From assembly GCA_963794945.1 (NCBI GenBank), contig CAWCFT010000015.1:121454-185453 (forward strand): a stretch of DNA of 64,000 nt, in the 5' to 3' direction. Below are positions 59,099 to 64,000 of this stretch, piece after piece. The notes beneath the pieces are model-generated. The model saw only the letters and a program-made list of their open reading frames with translations, made no database searches and was not told the DNA's origin. Both the position numbers and the translations under genes were made by a program. The first letter of the stretch is position 1, and each line of letters begins with the position of its first letter. Source of the DNA: Endomicrobiales bacterium. GTDB lineage: Bacteria; Elusimicrobiota; Endomicrobiia; Endomicrobiales; CAWCFT01.

Positions 59099-60691
59099 AT
59101 GATTTTCCCAAAAACAGTCAAACCTTCAGGACAAGACACAGTTGCATTTCTCTGCATAATGTTAATGCTGCTGTTTCATTTTATAAACAATTATATTGTA
59201 TTAAAAAGCAACTGCAATACCGTCATTGGCAATGACAAATCCTACTATGTTCAGCCAATGCTTGGCATGGCTCATGATATCTCCAATCCTCTCACGTTCC
59301 CGTATAAAAAATATCTGCTCCAATCCTGGAAGCCACCGTTATACTATTTTACCGCAGTCCCTTTTTTATTAATTAAGCGTGACATAAATATGGCTATCAT
59401 GTCTAACATGGTATATTTAGCGATTATAATGTTAACTATATACGGAACAGGCAAACTTCTTTTCAATCACAGAACCGGGCTCCTAGCGGCGTTCTTGTGT
59501 GGAATGTTCCCGGCAATATTTAACTTATCACGCATACTTTTACTTGAAACAGCTTTAACAGCTATGATATCCCTTACATTCTATCTCTTTGTCCTTAATA
59601 GATTTGACGATCTAAAGTTTTCGTTACTGACTGGGGCTACTATAGGGCTTGGTCTACTGACTAAAGAACCATATGCTATATTTTTGATACCTTTGCTTTT
59701 CTATTTTTTCCAACAACCCGGCAATCTGGCGAAAAAAAGGATATTATTCTTATGTTTCTCTTTGCTGATCGGTTTCGCCTTGGCTTTACCTTGGTACTTG
59801 AGCACATATATTATAAAAAATGGATTCGGCGGTTATATTTTTGTTTTCTCAAAATTTAAAACTTTCGGCTCTTCTCACCTAAAATATTTATTTACACTCT
59901 TTTTTAATCAGCTGCTGCCCTTTTATGCATTTTTAGCGTTTGCTGCATTAATATATTTTATACTTAAGAAAAAGTATTTTATTCCTTTTTTTTGCGTGTC
60001 CATGATATTGTTCTGGTCAGCAGGCACAAATCTGCAAGGCAGGCTAATACTTCCGATCTTTCCTTTTATCGCACTTATGATATCCTTCTTTTTTTTATCA
60101 ATTACTAAAAACAATAAGTATCTTATTTGTTTATTTGTTTTTTCAAGTATTGCCCAGTACGCTTTAATGACTTATTTTCCCCTAACACCTATTAGAATAT
60201 TTAGATTATTTGCTGTCAATAATGCTGCTTTTAGCAATTTTATTGAAAGCCAATTGAGGAACAATGAAGAAATTTGTTTTTTCAATCTGGATAAAAATAA
60301 TTGGCGTATTCCTTCAAAAAATATCGCCGCAATCATAAATAGATATTGCGAAAATAAGCATACAAACATTGTTGTAATTTCAAAATATTGGCCAAACATT
60401 GAATATGAATTAACCAAATCTGTTAATGATTATGAATTTAGACGCATCGGAAGTAATTTTGATTGGGGGGCATATAAAGATTCGGCTATAGAGAAAATAT
60501 TCTCTACGGATATCCATAAATCCAGCTTTGTAATTATCGATAATAAACCCGAGGATTATACCATCAGGTCGAGGAATATTTACACCAAAGTATTCAACAC
60601 CAAAATAAAGGAATTCAAATGCATTTCAACTGAGATATGCCCTGACAAGACTATAATCAATTTGTATAAAAGAAATGACACAACTACTTAA
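59099..60691 (+). CDS. ArnT/PMT-like (GT-C) glycosyltransferase
   Basis: KPPLYY, LLE, GL.TK, LPWY; polytopic. Confidence 0.8.
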   Translation: MIFPKTVKPSGQDTVAFLCIMLMLLFHFINNYIVLKSNCNTVIGNDKSYYVQPMLGMAHDISNPLTFPYKKYLLQSWKPPLYYFTAVPFLLIKRDINMAIMSNMVYLAIIMLTIYGTGKLLFNHRTGLLAAFLCGMFPAIFNLSRILLLETALTAMISLTFYLFVLNRFDDLKFSLLTGATIGLGLLTKEPYAIFLIPLLFYFFQQPGNLAKKRILFLCFSLLIGFALALPWYLSTYIIKNGFGGYIFVFSKFKTFGSSHLKYLFTLFFNQLLPFYAFLAFAALIYFILKKKYFIPFFCVSMILFWSAGTNLQGRLILPIFPFIALMISFFFLSITKNNKYLICLFVFSSIAQYALMTYFPLTPIRIFRLFAVNNAAFSNFIESQLRNNEEICFFNLDKNNWRIPSKNIAAIINRYCENKHTNIVVISKYWPNIEYELTKSVNDYEFRRIGSNFDWGAYKDSAIEKIFSTDIHKSSFVIIDNKPEDYTIRSRNIYTKVFNTKIKEFKCISTEICPDKTIINLYKRNDTTT

Positions 60692-62101
60692 AATATTTCA
60701 TTACACTCTAGGATTTTTCTGATGAACATTGATATCTTTCCTCGAACACAATCATCAATTCCGGCATAAATATCATTTTTCTCCGCAGCTGGTTCGGCCC
60801 TGCATCTCCAGTTGTTACAGTAAATCCTTCTGAAAATGCATGAGAGGCACGGTTCTTTTATGGAATCTGGACAGAATATGTTCTTATAATTGGCGGAATG
60901 CCATATTTCGAGCAAACCCTGCTCCAGAATGTTACCAAAAGGTATCCCGCGCGGCATCTGCGAACAGTAATGGCAATTGCCTAAATGATCTATATGCACA
61001 TAACTATTGGCGTCGCAGCGTTCTTTTACACAAAATTTCGTTTTTCCAAACACGAAAACGGCTTTGAGCAGATTAACCCAAATGAAGTACAGAACGCTGT
61101 TAACGACCAGAGAATCATTGTTTTCTCTTCCCCTTCCAAGTGAATGAAACGGCCCTACCGAGAATATTGGTACGCCTATCTTGTTCGCAAGCCTGTATAA
61201 TCCGGCGAGCCCCAAAATATTCACACGAGTAGCTGTGCAGTTGAGCTGTATATTCAATCCTGTAGCCATGGCTCTTTTAATATTATCTACTAGAAGGTCG
61301 AACGATACACCTTTCCTAATTTCAGATAGTTTGTCGGCTGAATGCGCATCCAAGCTAATATGCAGCGACGCGACATTGAGCTCTTTCAACCTGGAAACAG
61401 TGCTGATATCGAGCAAAGTTCCGTTAGTGTTAATGATCACTGCCAACCCTGACTTTCCGGCATATTCGATGATATCAAATATATCATTTCTAAGAAGTGG
61501 TTCTCCTCCGAAAAGGTTCACGTTTTTATTTTACTTTCAGCCAGCTTGTCTATTATAAGCTTTACTTTTTCGATCGGGAGGTCTTCGGGATTGATTGACT
61601 GTTCTAAATAACAATGCCGGCAGGACAAATTACAGTTTCTGGTGACGTCAAAATTAACTTTTATTGGAGAATGGAATTGTTCATAAGAAGCATACCGGCC
61701 TAGGTTATGCGACCATTTTTCGTGCATCTGTCCCTTGAAAGTCTTTTTTAGCAATACACGCGGGGAGGGTAATCCCGAACTAACAGCGGGAAGCTTCAGT
61801 GCCCTAATATCATTCAAAATTTCATCTTTAGAGTTGCGAAAAATAGATATAAACGGTAACTTTTCAATATATTGAATGAAGTTATATATTTTTCTTTCCT
61901 GGGCTCTTACAATGGTGTAGCCGGCTTCTTTTAAATAAACTGCCACAATTTCTTTTGGGTGCCCGGAGCCAGAAACGCAACGATAAACGAACCTTCGCGG
62001 TTAAACTTTAATGCTGTAGATTTAAACTCATTTTCCGTTTCTCCTTCCGTGAAGGCCAGAAGAAGTTCACCCTTAGAGCTAATTTGCCAATTATGATACA
62101 T
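60688..62101 (-). CDS. Radical SAM/SPASM protein with N-terminal extension; two frameshifts (~61965 and ~61520)
   Basis: CNLSCRHC in 61518..61946; GGEPLLR and a multi-Cys SPASM tail in 60688..61521; upstream ATG at 62101. Confidence 0.78.
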
Positions 62102-62107
62102 ATCTGT

Positions 62108-62770
62108 TTACCGTGTTTTTCTTGCACTGATTATGACGCTGTTGCCAAATAAGGGTGTGTGAGGCAGGAAAACCAATTTTTTCCATGGACGTTTTTTAGT
62201 AGGAATCTCTAACCCGCCGTTACTGTATTTTATATCTTTTACCGAAAAACCAGAACTTTCCAGATGTCTCGCCAACAGCCATGACGGCAGAGGCATTATG
62301 TGCCGGTCCTCACCGTTCCTGTCAACACACGAGTCATCGTTATTGAAAAAATTTGCGTATTGGCCGGAAAAGAGGAATATTGCCCTTGAGATCAGTGAAG
62401 TGATGTTCGGGGTGGACAATATAAGCCTGCCGTCAGGTTTAAGTATCCTTCTGAACTCGCCAAGACAGAAACCTGTATTACGAACGTGTTCAAAAGTCTC
62501 AATGCACATAATACAATCGAAAACTTCATCCGTGTAAGGAAGGCTTTTGTTAATATCCGCTTTTGTGACAGGGATACCTTCTATTTTAAACTGAGAGGTC
62601 TGAGCATCAGCGGCATTAACTGTGAAGCCCATTTGCTGAAGCCGGTAACTTAAGCGGCCCTCGCCTGCCGCTATGTCTAAAACCTTCCCGCCACTCATGT
62701 CATTAAGCATTTTCAGAGCTATATCATGCGTGTCTCCAAAAGCCCTTGCTTCGATATTATCTAAATTCAT
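62108..62770 (-). CDS. Class I SAM-dependent methyltransferase
   Basis: VLDIAAGEG, FD.I..IE.FEH, RILKP.G.L.LSTPN. Confidence 0.9.
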   Translation of the reverse strand: MNLDNIEARAFGDTHDIALKMLNDMSGGKVLDIAAGEGRLSYRLQQMGFTVNAADAQTSQFKIEGIPVTKADINKSLPYTDEVFDCIMCIETFEHVRNTGFCLGEFRRILKPDGRLILSTPNITSLISRAIFLFSGQYANFFNNDDSCVDRNGEDRHIMPLPSWLLARHLESSGFSVKDIKYSNGGLEIPTKKRPWKKLVFLPHTPLFGNSVIISARKTR

Positions 62771-62908
62771 ACAAGTTTACTCCGTACGGCTAATCTAACA
62801 TAGCTATGCATTCAACAACAGTCGCATACCAGAGAATCCCGCCTTTATTTATTACATATTCTAGTATTACATGCAATAGAAAATTAATAAATAGTGCTTG
62901 ATACTATT

Positions 62909-64000
62909 TCAGGCCCTAGATAAACTACGTCCGCTAAAATAATTTTTTTTCTTAATTCTATAAAGAGGATGAATTGCTCTAAATATATCCATATTAAGTG
63001 CAATATGCAAACATTCACGGCATCTCATAATGCTGCCAATACTGTTTTTTGCGAACACATTGGCCCCATCTCGTCGGAATTCTTGATATTTGTCTGAATT
63101 CCATATTTTGGAAAATGAGCTATCAAATACGTTGCCCATATAGTAACTCGTACAGCCAGCACGGAACGACGTTCCCATCTGCGAGTATGTTTGCATATAC
63201 CCATCCTATGTAGCATTTATTTTTCATGTAAAACTCACTAGCAACACTTGTTGCCATCTTTCCGTTATCAACAAACATCGGTCGAAAATCGCTATAAAAC
63301 AATATTTTAAGTTTATTTGCGGCTTTTTTTGCTTCTCCAAGCAGCCTGAAAGTCTCTTGTTCTTGTAATCGGTTCAAGGCAAGGGATTCTGTTGCAGATG
63401 TATTATCCATATGCTTAAAGTATACCAGGTCAACTCCTATTGTAGAATACAATTCAATCGCTTTGACTATTTCCATATAATTTTGATTGCAAACCACAAA
63501 TACTACACTGATGAATGGCTGCGTACTGCGATTCTTTTTTTTAAGTTCGCTCAGATGCCGAATTTTTTCGATAACGGAGCCGAAAGTTGATGCATTCAGC
63601 CTTGGATGCATCTTCTTATAAGTATCATCCGTTGCGGCGTGAATACTGAATTCTGTATGATCAACTCTTTCGCTAAAAATGCAACCGAGGCTTTCTTTAT
63701 TAAAATAAAGCCCGCTAGTAGTAAGTTTTATTCCGATCCCGGCCTCTTTCGTTGCCTTTATTATTTCCAGAATATTTGGATGTAATAGTGGGTCACCGGA
63801 ACCCGATAAATTAAGCCGTTGAATATCGATATTTTTGAAATCCTTTAACAATTTGCTGAAATTCTTGTAATCAAAACACTCATTTTTGGGGATTTTTTGA
63901 TCGTTTTCTGAAATATATGGCGACCATACCCAGCACATCGAGCCAGCTGAACATTTGTTAGTAATATCGAGATTAACTGTGATTGGTCCCGTTAAAGGTT
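62909..64000 (-). CDS. Radical SAM/SPASM(twitch) protein; 5' end outside the window; frameshift near 63155
   Basis: DITNKC, GSGDPLLHP, CY.GW......G.V.PC, GN......IWNS.KY..FR, C.EC. Confidence 0.78.

Noticed and set aside
62771..62908. RiPP precursor between the radical SAM and methyltransferase genes
   Set aside because: No credible small ORF with an RBS

Overview
Bacterial chromosomal window from a diderm; gene content suggests Elusimicrobiota or a similar lineage, which is inference only. Almost all genes are on the minus strand. There are four blocks. (1) 1-13.6 kb is a GC-rich core: a rearranged tol-pal locus (pal-cpoB-tolA-tolB-large TPR-plugless OM barrel-tolQ/exbB-tolR/exbD), an ABC exporter, a flavoprotein, an MBL hydrolase, a metallophosphoesterase and a ParB-like gene. 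(2) 13.7-23.85 kb is an AT-rich, ~10.1-kb tyrosine-integrase element bounded by a 44-bp direct repeat. The repeat is the 5' half of tRNA-Leu(UAA), so integration separates the intact tRNA from its consensus promoter. The element carries int/xis, replication-like genes, envelope-targeted cargo, a PIN toxin pair and an IS256 inserted in a protease active-site motif. (3) 24-58.3 kb is a Wzx/Wzy exopolysaccharide locus with an acyl carrier protein and five tandem CelD/BcsL-type GNATs. It is interleaved with two PorV-like barrels, a cargo-less T9SS-CTD-like protein and two propeller/FN3 surface proteins that end in CTD-like domains; this is the best candidate for an undescribed system. (4) 59-64 kb holds an ArnT-like GT, two radical SAM/SPASM genes and a methyltransferase. 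Many genes are split by small indels, probably assembly errors. No database searches were run; all family calls come from motif recognition.
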